Source: a virus
Reading direction: 5' to 3' (one strand)
IMG/VR virus record: IMGVR_UViG_3300025881_000010
Coordinates: 18,527-82,526 of that record
Length of the DNA: 64,000 nucleotides
The position numbers and the translations under genes are program-made. Under the pieces are notes generated by a model that did no database searches, had not been told where the DNA came from, and saw only the letters and a program-made list of their open reading frames with translations. This document shows positions 55,117 to 64,000 of this stretch, in pieces. Position 1 is the first letter of the stretch, and each line of letters opens with the position of its first letter.

Positions 55117-56730
55117 ATGGCTATAAATAGCATTGAACAGTACATGGATTTCATGGGATGGAAATCCGAATGGAAGTTTTTAAATACTGCAGAGGTTGAG
55201 AGTTTAGGAGATCTTACTAAGATTCCTAATTACATAAACAACACGTATAAAGCTTCAGATAAAGATGCAGTGAATCTTGGAGGTAAAAAAGCAATGGTTG
55301 TAAAGAAAGATTGGTTAGAAAAAGAAACCTCATTCTTTGCTAATGTTACTCCAGTTGAGCAGCCTGTAGAAACTCCTAAAGCAAGTATTCCACCACCGCC
55401 ACCACCTTTAGAGAAAACAGTAGTTGATACTTCAGGTGTTCCGGAAGATATTAAACAAGTTGCTGAGGCATCTGATAATATCCACATAGTTACTATGCCA
55501 AAGCAAGAAGAACAAGCTCCAGAGATAAAATCTACTGAATGGGAACCTCATGTTCACAATAGAGTTAAAGTATTGTTATCCTTAAAATTTGAAGTTGACG
55601 ATGATGATAAGGAATTACTTCATGCTCCAGATCAGGAAATGATCAGCTATGAAGATATCGACACTATGGAAAATGCTGAATGGACTTCATTTGTGAATGT
55701 TTATAAATCAGCACCAGTAACTAATAAGTCTGAAGAGATTAAAAAAGCTGTAGATGATATGGTAGAAACTTCTGAAAAAGAAGTTGAAGCTGAAGTTGCA
55801 GCAGAAAAATCAGATTTAGATTTAGCGAGAGAAAGAGTTAAAGCTCGTATCAAGCAAGATACTGATGATGCTAAAGAACGTATTGCTGAAAGGAATAAAG
55901 CTAAAGAAGATCCTCAAGCAAATATGGTTGCTCGAAGAACAGATATTCTAATCAACTCTTTAGAGATGAAATTAGAAGGCGATAATGTAATTGGTAAAAA
56001 CGATTACAATAAAGACTTCAATTTTCATGTCAATGAAATTTCTACAATGGAAGAAGATATGTTCCATAATTCTGTAGAAAAATTGAAAGAAGAACTTTCA
56101 AAAAGAAAAGTTGAACTATCTAAGAATGAGCAAGCAGCTCATGAGGAATTAGAGAACGAAGAATTGTCTGGAAAGACTACTGATGAAGCTGTAGTAGATA
56201 ACACTAAAGCACGTAGACAAGCGCTATATGCTCTTGGTTGGAAAGAACATGAGAGATATGCTAAGTATTTGACTAGTCCTAAAGGAGGAGGACTTACTTA
56301 CGATGAGATTTTAGATATGAGCGAAGCAGAATTTAAAAAGCTGTTAGCTATTCCAGTCGAGAAGCCAGGAGATCTTCCGAACGATAAAGATGCTGGGTTT
56401 GACCAAAAAGAAGCTGAACTAGGAGTTAGTTCAAATATGCAACCAGTAATTGACATAAAGGAGTTCGATAAAGAAGAAGAAATCAGAAAAGCCAATAAAG
56501 TAGATATTCTAACTGGTGAGAATAAAGCTGAAAATTTCGGTAAGAATTTCAAAGCAGGTAAAGAAGCCGCTATTAAAGATGGTATTTGGCCTAAAGATAA
56601 TTCTCGTGATGATATTGCTTTTGCTGTCATGCTTAAAATGGTATCTCCTACATCTAAGAAAGGAGCTGATACCATAGCTAAGTTTGCTTATGAACTTGCT
56701 GATGCAATGCTTAATCAAAAAGATAAGTAA
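55117..56730 (+). CDS. Acidic repeat protein (537 aa)
   Basis: Three R...L..L...I..M....F/W repeats; C-terminal RD..A...AY.LADAML phage module. Confidence 0.7.
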   Translation: MAINSIEQYMDFMGWKSEWKFLNTAEVESLGDLTKIPNYINNTYKASDKDAVNLGGKKAMVVKKDWLEKETSFFANVTPVEQPVETPKASIPPPPPPLEKTVVDTSGVPEDIKQVAEASDNIHIVTMPKQEEQAPEIKSTEWEPHVHNRVKVLLSLKFEVDDDDKELLHAPDQEMISYEDIDTMENAEWTSFVNVYKSAPVTNKSEEIKKAVDDMVETSEKEVEAEVAAEKSDLDLARERVKARIKQDTDDAKERIAERNKAKEDPQANMVARRTDILINSLEMKLEGDNVIGKNDYNKDFNFHVNEISTMEEDMFHNSVEKLKEELSKRKVELSKNEQAAHEELENEELSGKTTDEAVVDNTKARRQALYALGWKEHERYAKYLTSPKGGGLTYDEILDMSEAEFKKLLAIPVEKPGDLPNDKDAGFDQKEAELGVSSNMQPVIDIKEFDKEEEIRKANKVDILTGENKAENFGKNFKAGKEAAIKDGIWPKDNSRDDIAFAVMLKMVSPTSKKGADTIAKFAYELADAMLNQKDK

Positions 56731-57153
56731 ATGAAAACATCTGAAGTATTTAAAAGATCTATTCAGCAGCACCTCAAGGGTGTTGCTGAATTAAATGAAA
56801 TATTCGCTGAGAAGCTAAATAATCCTAAGAAAAACATAGAAGATTGCCTGACGTACATATTAAATCAGGTAAAAAATTCTGGTCTTAACGGAATGGAAGA
56901 TAGTGAAGTCTATGGTATGGCTATGCATTATTACGATGAAGAAGATCTCAAGGTCGGTGCTAAAATAAACGCTACTGTAATTGTAAATCACGAAGTGAAG
57001 CTTACTCCGGAAGAGATTGAAGAACTAAAGGAAAAAGCTAGACAACAAGTAATTGAAGAAGAGAAAACGAAAATGAGAAAGAAGCCTTCTAAGACTAAAG
57101 AAACACCTAAACCTAATTTGGGTGATTCAGCATTAGGTACTTTATTTCAATAA
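56731..57153 (+). CDS. PcfK-like / AcrIIA9-family protein
   Basis: FK..I...L...K.I.DC.TYILNQVK.SG..G..D.EV..MA.HYYDE...VNH. Confidence 0.85.
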   Translation: MKTSEVFKRSIQQHLKGVAELNEIFAEKLNNPKKNIEDCLTYILNQVKNSGLNGMEDSEVYGMAMHYYDEEDLKVGAKINATVIVNHEVKLTPEEIEELKEKARQQVIEEEKTKMRKKPSKTKETPKPNLGDSALGTLFQ

Positions 57154-57155
57154 TT

Positions 57156-58466
57156 ATGAAAGCAAAAACGAAGTTTCAAAAGAAGATCGTTTCACTATCA
57201 AATAAGTTACCTGGGCTTTCAGAAGCTCAGGTAACTTATTTAAAAGAAGAACTATTTGAACATGGAGCCACATTATTAAAAAGTGGAAAACTATCATGTT
57301 TAGATTGTGGACACCAATGGCAAAACAAAGGCGCTGTATTAGCCGGAGTTGTTCTTGGAGAAGAATGTCCTAATTGTCATAGACAATTAAAAGTACAACG
57401 TACCCGTAAGAAAGTATTTGCTAATGAAACATATTATCAAGTAGTATCTGTTTTTGAAGGGTATCAAGTCGTTAGGGTTTTTATAGCAAGAAAATATTTT
57501 AAAGCTGGACAACCACAACGATTTACTATTCAGAAAGTCTATGAGAATTTTATATCTGAAGATGGTCAAATAGGAAACGTAGGATATTATCAAACATCTA
57601 AATGGTATGAATCCTGGGGAGGTGGATATGAATTAAGATCTGATCTGAGTAATTCAGATTATAGATTAAGCCTTAAAAATAAAGCTATTTATCCAAGGAG
57701 AAGTTTAATTAAAATTCTCAAAAGGAATGGTCTTACTAAAGACTTTCATGGTTGCAATCCTCCTGATTTGTTTTACACTTTAATAAATAATCCTAAATCT
57801 GAAACCTTACTAAAGGCAAAGCAATATCACTTGCTTAATCAGTATGTGATGGACTCAAGAAAGTTTGAAGAAAATTGGGCTTCTATTAAGATATGCATAC
57901 GCAACAATTATTATGTTGCAGAGCCTATCGAATGGATGGATTATCTCGGACTTTTAAGAGACTTTGGTAAAGACGTTCACAATTCTAAATACATCTGTCC
58001 TAAAAATATGATGCTTCAACACAACATATATGTGAAAAAAAAGCGTAAGCTAAGAATGAAGCAAGAACTTGAAAAACAACGTCAAGAGATTGAATATGCT
58101 CAAATAGAATATGAGAAGATGAAAAAGCCTTACATGGGACTTATATTTTCTAATGACTTAGTAGAAGTTTCTTTCATGAACACTGTAGAAGAAGTAATGA
58201 TTGATAGCGATGAGCTAAAACATTGCTCTTTTGCTAGTAAATACTATAAAAAGAAAACGCTTTTATTCTCTGCCAAAATAAATAAAAAGAGAATAGCTAC
58301 TATTGAATTTAATCCTGAGAAAAAAAAGATTGTACAACTTAGAGGATATCATAATCACATGACTAATTATGATCAGCAGATAACAGCTTTATTTCAGCAG
58401 AACATGAAAGTTATCGCTGATTGCACTAAGCCTAAACGAAAAAAGCGAAAGCTACAAACAGCTTAA
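57156..58466 (+). CDS. PcfJ-like protein
   Basis: CLDCGH...CPNC zinc ribbon, ETLLKA, W.DY..LL..FGKD, L.HC, Q.RG..N. Confidence 0.85.
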   Translation: MKAKTKFQKKIVSLSNKLPGLSEAQVTYLKEELFEHGATLLKSGKLSCLDCGHQWQNKGAVLAGVVLGEECPNCHRQLKVQRTRKKVFANETYYQVVSVFEGYQVVRVFIARKYFKAGQPQRFTIQKVYENFISEDGQIGNVGYYQTSKWYESWGGGYELRSDLSNSDYRLSLKNKAIYPRRSLIKILKRNGLTKDFHGCNPPDLFYTLINNPKSETLLKAKQYHLLNQYVMDSRKFEENWASIKICIRNNYYVAEPIEWMDYLGLLRDFGKDVHNSKYICPKNMMLQHNIYVKKKRKLRMKQELEKQRQEIEYAQIEYEKMKKPYMGLIFSNDLVEVSFMNTVEEVMIDSDELKHCSFASKYYKKKTLLFSAKINKKRIATIEFNPEKKKIVQLRGYHNHMTNYDQQITALFQQNMKVIADCTKPKRKKRKLQTA

Positions 58467-58469
58467 ATT

Positions 58470-58712
58470 ATGGCAGAGATCTTACACCTTGACGATATCA
58501 AAGGTAAAGACGTAAAAGTCGCTGTCAATTATTGGCAGAAAGATTCAGATATCATGTCTAAATATATAACAGAAAGATCCAGATACCGAGCTTCTACATT
58601 CATAAGAACAGATATTAGGAATTTAAATAAAAGGTCAGGTAACTTCGAACTTTTATTTAAGACTCCTAATGTTATGGAGAAAGTTGAGGTACAATGGAGA
58701 TTAGTAAAATAG
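58470..58712 (+). CDS. Hypothetical protein (80 aa)
   Basis: ORF in operon. Confidence 0.6.
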   Translation: MAEILHLDDIKGKDVKVAVNYWQKDSDIMSKYITERSRYRASTFIRTDIRNLNKRSGNFELLFKTPNVMEKVEVQWRLVK

Positions 58713-58716
58713 AATT

Positions 58717-58986
58717 ATGAATGAAGAAAAAGAGGTTTTAGAAGCTGAAATCAAACAGGTTTCAAAATTATTAATGATGGGGCCTGGAGCTGAATACTTA
58801 ATTGTTTACATAGAAATCAATGGTATTACTCAACGATTCTTTATCTTCCGCAACCGCGTAAAAAACTACTGTATTGTCAGATATTTTGAACGTGAAATAT
58901 ATAGTGTAGGCAGCAAGATTCGATTCAAATACAAAAAGAGTACTAAGTCTAACTTTAATTTTATAACAAGTATGAAAGATATGTAA
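58717..58986 (+). CDS. Hypothetical OB-fold-like protein (89 aa)
   Basis: Beta-rich ORF in operon. Confidence 0.5.
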   Translation: MNEEKEVLEAEIKQVSKLLMMGPGAEYLIVYIEINGITQRFFIFRNRVKNYCIVRYFEREIYSVGSKIRFKYKKSTKSNFNFITSMKDM

Positions 58987-58987
58987 C

Positions 58988-60424
58988 GTGATGGAAGAAG
59001 AGAATAAAAAGAAACTTCCACCACCAGCTCCCGAAGATAATTTTAGACAAAAATCTAAAGAAGAAAGCAAAATGTTTTGGCATGAAGGAGTGCCCTATGC
59101 TCCGCCAAGTGCTATAGATTTTGAGGAAACTGTAATTGGTGCATTATTAATAGATAAGAAAAGTCAGGAAGAGGTATGTCCATACTTGTTGCCTGAAGTT
59201 TTCTTTGTCTTAAAGAATCGTAGAATTTATTCAGCGATTTTAGATATGTATCAAAAAAGTAATCCTATAGATCTATTAACAGTTTGTGATCAGTTAAGAA
59301 GAAAAGGTTATCTCAAGCTAGTAGGTGGAGAAAGTTATCTCATAGAACTTACTCAAAAAATCTCTTCTGGTGCTCATATTGATTTCCATTCTCGAATACT
59401 TATTCAAAAATATATTCTTAGAGAACTTATTCAAAATTCAACAAATACTATTACTCAATCCTATAAAGATGATCCAGATAGCATTAAGCTTTTGGACAAT
59501 ACAGAAATAGAATTGAGTAGAATTAAAGAAGTTGCATTGCGTAAAACGTCTGTCAATGAACTTTCTGAAGAAGATGAACTAAGAGAACGAGTAGAAAAAG
59601 AACGTTCAGGAGAAATCGTTGGATTTCCAATTGGCGTTTTTGATTTTGATGATTGGAGTGGAGGACTACAATTAAGAGAATTAATCTGTTTTGCTTCAAG
59701 ACCAGGTATGGGAAAAACAAGTGTTATGCTTTCCATGTCTAAGAATTTGGTAACTAATAAAAATATACCAGTTCAAATATTCAGCTTAGAAATGGCTAAG
59801 GCTGATATCAATTATAGGATAGCAGCATCCCTTACCCTAATTCCTTTTTCAAGGATTAGGAAAGGAAAATTAACCGATGAAGAGTTTAATAAAGTTGTAG
59901 AAGCAATTAGATGGATTAAGAATGATTCCTTGTTTAATATCTATGATACTAAAGATTGCAAGAATGTCTTGGAAGTGATCATTCAAATGATCAGAAAAGA
60001 TGTTCGCGATAAAGGAGTAAAGATTGTATATATAGATTATGTTCAACTTATGAATTTAGCTGTAGGAACTGGAAATGATACGCAAGATTTAAAGCGTATT
60101 ACCAGAGCCTTAAAGCAAATTGCTAATGAGCTGAATATTCTAGTTATAATGTTCTCACAATTGGGTAGAGAAGTAGATAAGCGTAAAGGTCATAGACCAA
60201 GTTTAGGAGATTTAAAGCAGTCTGGTTCTATAGAAGAAGACTCAGACATGGTATACTTCTTTTTAAGGGAAGCATACTATAGAGAGCAAGAACTTAAACC
60301 AGGAGATCCACCATTGCCAGCAGAATTTGCAGGTCAAATAGAACTTATTGGTGGTAAAGGTAGAAGTACCGGTGTGAAGAATTTCATGGCGAACTTAGAA
60401 TTTTCATCATATACTTTAAGTTAA
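58988..60424 (+). CDS. dnaB: Replicative DNA helicase DnaB
   Basis: ASRPGMGKT, FSLEM, IDYVQL, SQL.R and DL..SGSIE.D.D; host-like N-terminal domain. Confidence 0.95.
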   Translation: MMEEENKKKLPPPAPEDNFRQKSKEESKMFWHEGVPYAPPSAIDFEETVIGALLIDKKSQEEVCPYLLPEVFFVLKNRRIYSAILDMYQKSNPIDLLTVCDQLRRKGYLKLVGGESYLIELTQKISSGAHIDFHSRILIQKYILRELIQNSTNTITQSYKDDPDSIKLLDNTEIELSRIKEVALRKTSVNELSEEDELRERVEKERSGEIVGFPIGVFDFDDWSGGLQLRELICFASRPGMGKTSVMLSMSKNLVTNKNIPVQIFSLEMAKADINYRIAASLTLIPFSRIRKGKLTDEEFNKVVEAIRWIKNDSLFNIYDTKDCKNVLEVIIQMIRKDVRDKGVKIVYIDYVQLMNLAVGTGNDTQDLKRITRALKQIANELNILVIMFSQLGREVDKRKGHRPSLGDLKQSGSIEEDSDMVYFFLREAYYREQELKPGDPPLPAEFAGQIELIGGKGRSTGVKNFMANLEFSSYTLS

Positions 60425-60450
60425 TGATGGTAGATAATTATTAATTGTGT

Positions 60451-60458
60451 TATGTTTG
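60451..60458 (+). promoter_or_regulatory. -7 promoter (TATGTTTG)
   Basis: Consensus, upstream of HU ATG 60487. Confidence 0.6.
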
Positions 60459-60486
60459 TAGAAAGTCCAACAGAACGTATTTACAG

Positions 60487-60783
60487 ATGAACAAAACACA
60501 GCTAATTAGTGAGGTTTCCAAAAACACAGGAATACCTCAAAAGACAGTCAGAGATGTTATGAACTCTATGGCTAAAATTATTCAGGACAAGTTAATATTA
60601 GGAGTGAATGTAAAGATTGCAGAATTTTTATCATTCACTCTAATAACTCGTGCTGAAACAAGACGTAGGAATCCTAACACTGGAGAGGAAATAATCGTAC
60701 CTAAGAGGTATGGTTTGAAAATAAAATTGCCTACCAGTTTTAGTAAAAGATTATCGGATAAGAAGGTTTATGATGGAAGCTAG
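60487..60783 (+). CDS. HU/IHF-family DNA-binding protein
   Basis: MNKTQLI..V ... RNPNTGEEI.VP. Confidence 0.9.
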   Translation: MNKTQLISEVSKNTGIPQKTVRDVMNSMAKIIQDKLILGVNVKIAEFLSFTLITRAETRRRNPNTGEEIIVPKRYGLKIKLPTSFSKRLSDKKVYDGS

Positions 60784-61060
60784 TAAAAAAAAATATTTCT
60801 TTAAGAAGGCACTTCCTAATATGAGTAAAGAGCAAATTAAAGATTATTTAGAATATCAAGTTTTCGAAACTGAATTATTTCAAGATCACGTCTTACAGGT
60901 TTCATTAAACCTTAATGTTGACGAATGTGTTGTCCGAGATATATTGAAACATTATTTTATAATGGTAATGTATATCTGCAATACGAAAAGAAAATTTTTA
61001 ACCAAAATCAATCTCTATGGTTTTTGCTCCTTATTTGTGGAGAAAGGCAATAGAGTTTAA
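60770..61060 (+). CDS. Divergent, arm-less HU/IHF-like protein
   Basis: VS..LN.....V.DIL..YF...INL.GF pattern; ends before the DNA-binding arms. Confidence 0.45.
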   Translation: MMEASKKKYFFKKALPNMSKEQIKDYLEYQVFETELFQDHVLQVSLNLNVDECVVRDILKHYFIMVMYICNTKRKFLTKINLYGFCSLFVEKGNRV

Positions 61061-61071
61061 ATTCAATTATT

Positions 61072-62205
61072 ATGAGTGGATTAACAGCAAACGTAGGTGG
61101 AGACAGTAAAAAGATTGAAAACGTACCTTTAATAAATGAAGGTAGACAAGTCTTCACTATCTATGGAGTAGCCGGTATCGGTACTCAAAACACTAAGTAT
61201 GGAATGAAACAACAATTAGCGTTGGCTTTTGAGTTTCCATTTCAAAAGAGAGTATTTTATGAAGGAGATCCAGAACGTCCATCTGCATTGTTTCAATATG
61301 AAACATTATCAATGGCTCCAAAATCTAATCTTCGTAAAATGGTTCACGCTTTGACAGGTAAGAAATTAACCGATGATGAAGCTAAAGATTATGACTTAGG
61401 TAATCTTAAAGGAATGCAAGGTGTGGCTTACATTCAACATTCTGATGATGGTAAATATGCTAACATTAATAGCATTGAAAAACTAGATAGTCAGAACATG
61501 CTAATGTTCGGTTTACAACAGCCTCATGTAGATCCTGTAAATGAACAATTCTTTTATCATTCAGGTATGGGATATGATACTGAAATCTTTGGGAAGCTTC
61601 CGGGTAACTTTCGTAAGAGAGTAATGGAATCTACTGAAGGTATCACACATCATAATGCCGGAGGTAAATTCCATGATCAGATTAAGAAGTATAATAATGA
61701 TAATAATGAATCTGGAGGTACGCAAAGCAATCCTAACAGAAAGCTTATCATGAAGCCTGATTCTCCATATACATATGATCAGTTGAAAGCTTCTAATTAT
61801 TCTGAACAGCAGATGGTAGATAATAATTATGCTTTTTGGCAAGAAGTTGTAGCGGCTCCAGCACCTCAACAAGCTCCACCCGTTCAGCAAACCCAACAAG
61901 CACCGCCACCTGCACAGCAAGCACCACCTGTTCAACAGCCACAAACTCAACAGGCACCACCTGTTCAAACTCAGCAAGCACCACCGCCAGTGCAACAAGC
62001 ACCACCGGTACAGCAAGCACCGAGTTCTAGTCCTCAACCTAATCAACCGCATCCAAGTGGTCAAGGTTTTTATACAGGATATGCAGATACTCGTGGTACT
62101 CTTTTATTGAGAACAAACCAGTTTACTGTTAAAGAATGGTTTGATAACAAGTGGACTGTAGATACTTTAGTATCTAATGATCACGCGTTTTTCTTACAGG
62201 AATAG
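61072..62205 (+). CDS. Single-stranded DNA-binding protein-like (NGO0469-type N-domain), 377-aa zero-frame form; 415-aa form ends at 62318 via -1 shift
   Basis: GTQ...TLS...K.NLRK...YANI..I domain; P/Q linker; DDAEDDLPF tail in the -1 frame. Confidence 0.8.
   Translation: MSGLTANVGGDSKKIENVPLINEGRQVFTIYGVAGIGTQNTKYGMKQQLALAFEFPFQKRVFYEGDPERPSALFQYETLSMAPKSNLRKMVHALTGKKLTDDEAKDYDLGNLKGMQGVAYIQHSDDGKYANINSIEKLDSQNMLMFGLQQPHVDPVNEQFFYHSGMGYDTEIFGKLPGNFRKRVMESTEGITHHNAGGKFHDQIKKYNNDNNESGGTQSNPNRKLIMKPDSPYTYDQLKASNYSEQQMVDNNYAFWQEVVAAPAPQQAPPVQQTQQAPPPAQQAPPVQQPQTQQAPPVQTQQAPPPVQQAPPVQQAPSSSPQPNQPHPSGQGFYTGYADTRGTLLLRTNQFTVKEWFDNKWTVDTLVSNDHAFFLQE
61853..62022 (+). repeat. Tandem QQAPP(V)Q coding repeats
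   Basis: About 6-7 imperfect CAAGCACCACC-type units. Confidence 0.85.
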
Positions 62206-62317
62206 AAGCTCCAAAACAGTCTGCATCTATTCCACCTATCAACAAGACTGAAAGTGTAAATGAACAATTTCCAGCAAACTTCAATTTAGATGATGCTGAA
62301 GATGATTTACCGTTCTA

Positions 62318-62662
62318 ATGCACAGTTTTATTTGTAAAGCTCCAAACGGCTATCCAGAGCCGTTGGAGCCTTCAAAAAGAAGTTTACTTGATAAGATACT
62401 CAAAGATGCTAAAGAGAGAGGATTGACCTTTAAACTTAGTATCGAGTACATTGAGAAGAACCTTAACGCTGAACAGAAATCATTATACAGAGGTTTTATA
62501 TTAAAAGCATCAAAATCTTTAGGTTATGAGTATCACGATATGGAGAAAGAGCTTAAAAGATTTATGCCTGATAAACCACTTGACAGATGGAGTTCACGAG
62601 AGTTAACTGAATTCATAGATCAATCTTCCGCTTTTTTAGTCCAGTGGGGATTTAATTTTTAA
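62318..62662 (+). CDS. NinB/Orf-like recombination protein (114 aa)
   Basis: Q..LY......A...GY......ELK ... S..E..EFID......G pattern. Confidence 0.5.
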   Translation: MHSFICKAPNGYPEPLEPSKRSLLDKILKDAKERGLTFKLSIEYIEKNLNAEQKSLYRGFILKASKSLGYEYHDMEKELKRFMPDKPLDRWSSRELTEFIDQSSAFLVQWGFNF

Positions 62663-62664
62663 AT

Positions 62665-62886
62665 ATGATATTTCTAATATTAGCTCAAGTTTTAAGAGCA
62701 GCATTAATATGGACAACTGGATATACTGCCAAGAGAGTTACTAAAACTTTCATCTGTATGTTCGTTACGTGCTACTTACTTGAAAGATTAAAACGACAAA
62801 ATTATATAGATAACAAACGTGGATATAACACCGACCCCGAGCCAAGAAGTATTGGTAACGAAAATAGACAAGTTCCTCAACAGTAG
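62665..62886 (+). CDS. Small hydrophobic protein (73 aa)
   Basis: ORF; overlaps the helicase start by 68 nt. Confidence 0.45.
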   Translation: MIFLILAQVLRAALIWTTGYTAKRVTKTFICMFVTCYLLERLKRQNYIDNKRGYNTDPEPRSIGNENRQVPQQ

Positions 62887-64000
62887 TCATAAAATATTTA
62901 GATTGACAGGGGAGCCCGGAGTTGGTAAAACGACCATACTTAAATATGTTCTTCGGAAATACATAGAATCCGATTTGAATGCTAACAATAAGTATGATAT
63001 AAGCGTAGCGGGAATATGTTTAGCGCACCAAGCCAAGAAAGTTCTTGGTGCGTATATTCCTAACGTTTTTACTTTTGCCAAAGCTTACGGAATGAAAGAA
63101 GAGTATGTGGAAGCTACTGGAGCACGTAGGTTCGTTTATGACGAAAAAAATAAAGATCCTACTATAGGAACTATGGACATTCCAATATTTGTTCATGATG
63201 AAGTTTCTCAGTACACACCGCAAATGCTTGAAATTGTATTGAACAGTACTCCAATGTTCAGTAAGATTATTTTAGTTGGAGATAGAGCGCAGTTACCGCC
63301 AATAGATCCTGATGGAATAATGGAAGAAGATTCTGATTCTCCAGTATTCTTTATGGACTTACCGGAAGAATGTACTCACAACCTTACAGGGAGAGTTCGT
63401 CAAACTGCAGGAAATAAAATCCTTGAATTATCAGATGTCATAAGAGCTGAAATATTTGGATTGAGAAGATTAGGAGTAGTGCTATCATATTTGAATAAAC
63501 CTCAAATGATAGATGGTCATGGATTTGATTTCATTTCATTTGAAAATTACCTTAGTCATTTAGAACAAAAGGAATTCATGGATTGTAGGTTAATAGCTTT
63601 TAGAAGAAAAGCCATTAACAAGCATAATCCGAATGTTAGAAATTATCTGTTAAATAATCCTACCAGTAAACTTGTCGATGGAGATATAGTTACTATGGAA
63701 GATAGTTTCTACAAATTTAATGATATGGGAGATGTAGATTACATACTCTATAATTCCGAAACATTTAGATTAACTGATGTTCGCACAGCTGTAAAGAAAT
63801 TTGAGCGTGGTGGTAATGAATATAGTATTGAAACTTACTTCGCAAATATTGAAGGAAGACAAGGAGATATTTTCATTGCACCTACAGAAGTAGGTGAAGA
63901 ACAATTAAAAGAAGCACTGGAAGAAATTGCTCAAATGGTTTATCGTAAGATATTGCATTGGGGAAATTTCTGGTCAGTAAAAAAAGCTTTTTGTAAATAT
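62819..64000 (+). CDS. Dda/RecD-like SF1B helicase, truncated by the window end
   Basis: Absent from the ORF track. GTG 62819 (MDITPTPSQ...), G.PGVGKTT, DEVSQ, VGDRAQLPPI, RVRQ. Confidence 0.9.
   Translation, partial: MDITPTPSQEVLVTKIDKFLNSSHKIFRLTGEPGVGKTTILKYVLRKYIESDLNANNKYDISVAGICLAHQAKKVLGAYIPNVFTFAKAYGMKEEYVEATGARRFVYDEKNKDPTIGTMDIPIFVHDEVSQYTPQMLEIVLNSTPMFSKIILVGDRAQLPPIDPDGIMEEDSDSPVFFMDLPEECTHNLTGRVRQTAGNKILELSDVIRAEIFGLRRLGVVLSYLNKPQMIDGHGFDFISFENYLSHLEQKEFMDCRLIAFRRKAINKHNPNVRNYLLNNPTSKLVDGDIVTMEDSFYKFNDMGDVDYILYNSETFRLTDVRTAVKKFERGGNEYSIETYFANIEGRQGDIFIAPTEVGEEQLKEALEEIAQMVYRKILHWGNFWSVKKAFCKY

Noticed and set aside
62203-62259. TAG readthrough or alternative genetic code as in some crAss-like phages
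   Set aside because: Readthrough stops at TAA 62257 without reaching DDLPF, and genes tile densely under the standard code with TAG and TGA used as stops

Overview
About 64 kb of an AT-rich lytic bacteriophage genome. Its architecture is crAss-like (Crassvirales / phi14:2-type podovirus), and the host is probably a Bacteroidota (Flavobacteriaceae-like) bacterium, judging from TAnnTTTG promoters, SD-less A-rich starts and a Bacteroidetes-type DnaB and PcfK/PcfJ pair. The minus strand (1-42.0 kb) is the late/structural arm: a giant virion protein truncated at position 1, ejection proteins, tail muzzle, a lysis cassette (spanins, amidase, holin), tail fibres, ring proteins, an IHF-like protein, major capsid, scaffold, portal and terminase. 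An accessory island follows (KTSC, Tad2/DUF2829, GroEL, GroES-like, small ORFs and very short transcription units). A GC-rich hairpin island at about 42.15 kb marks the switch to the plus-strand early/replication arm: many small ORFs, an inverted RepL-like gene with three palindromic repeats, an SF2 helicase-methyltransferase, PcfK/PcfJ, DnaB, HU, SSB, a NinB-like protein and a Dda-like helicase truncated at 64000. The four most notable observations are: (1) a candidate ~150-nt sRNA whose G-rich seed (GUAUUGGGGGC) is complementary to a CCCAAUA/C-tract motif enriched at the start codons of late genes; (2) a small protein carrying a conserved copy of the portal clip segment, possibly a decoy; (3) an SSB whose DDLPF tail lies in the -1 frame; (4) a palindromic operator shared by three promoters. 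All family assignments come from motif recognition by eye; no database search was run.
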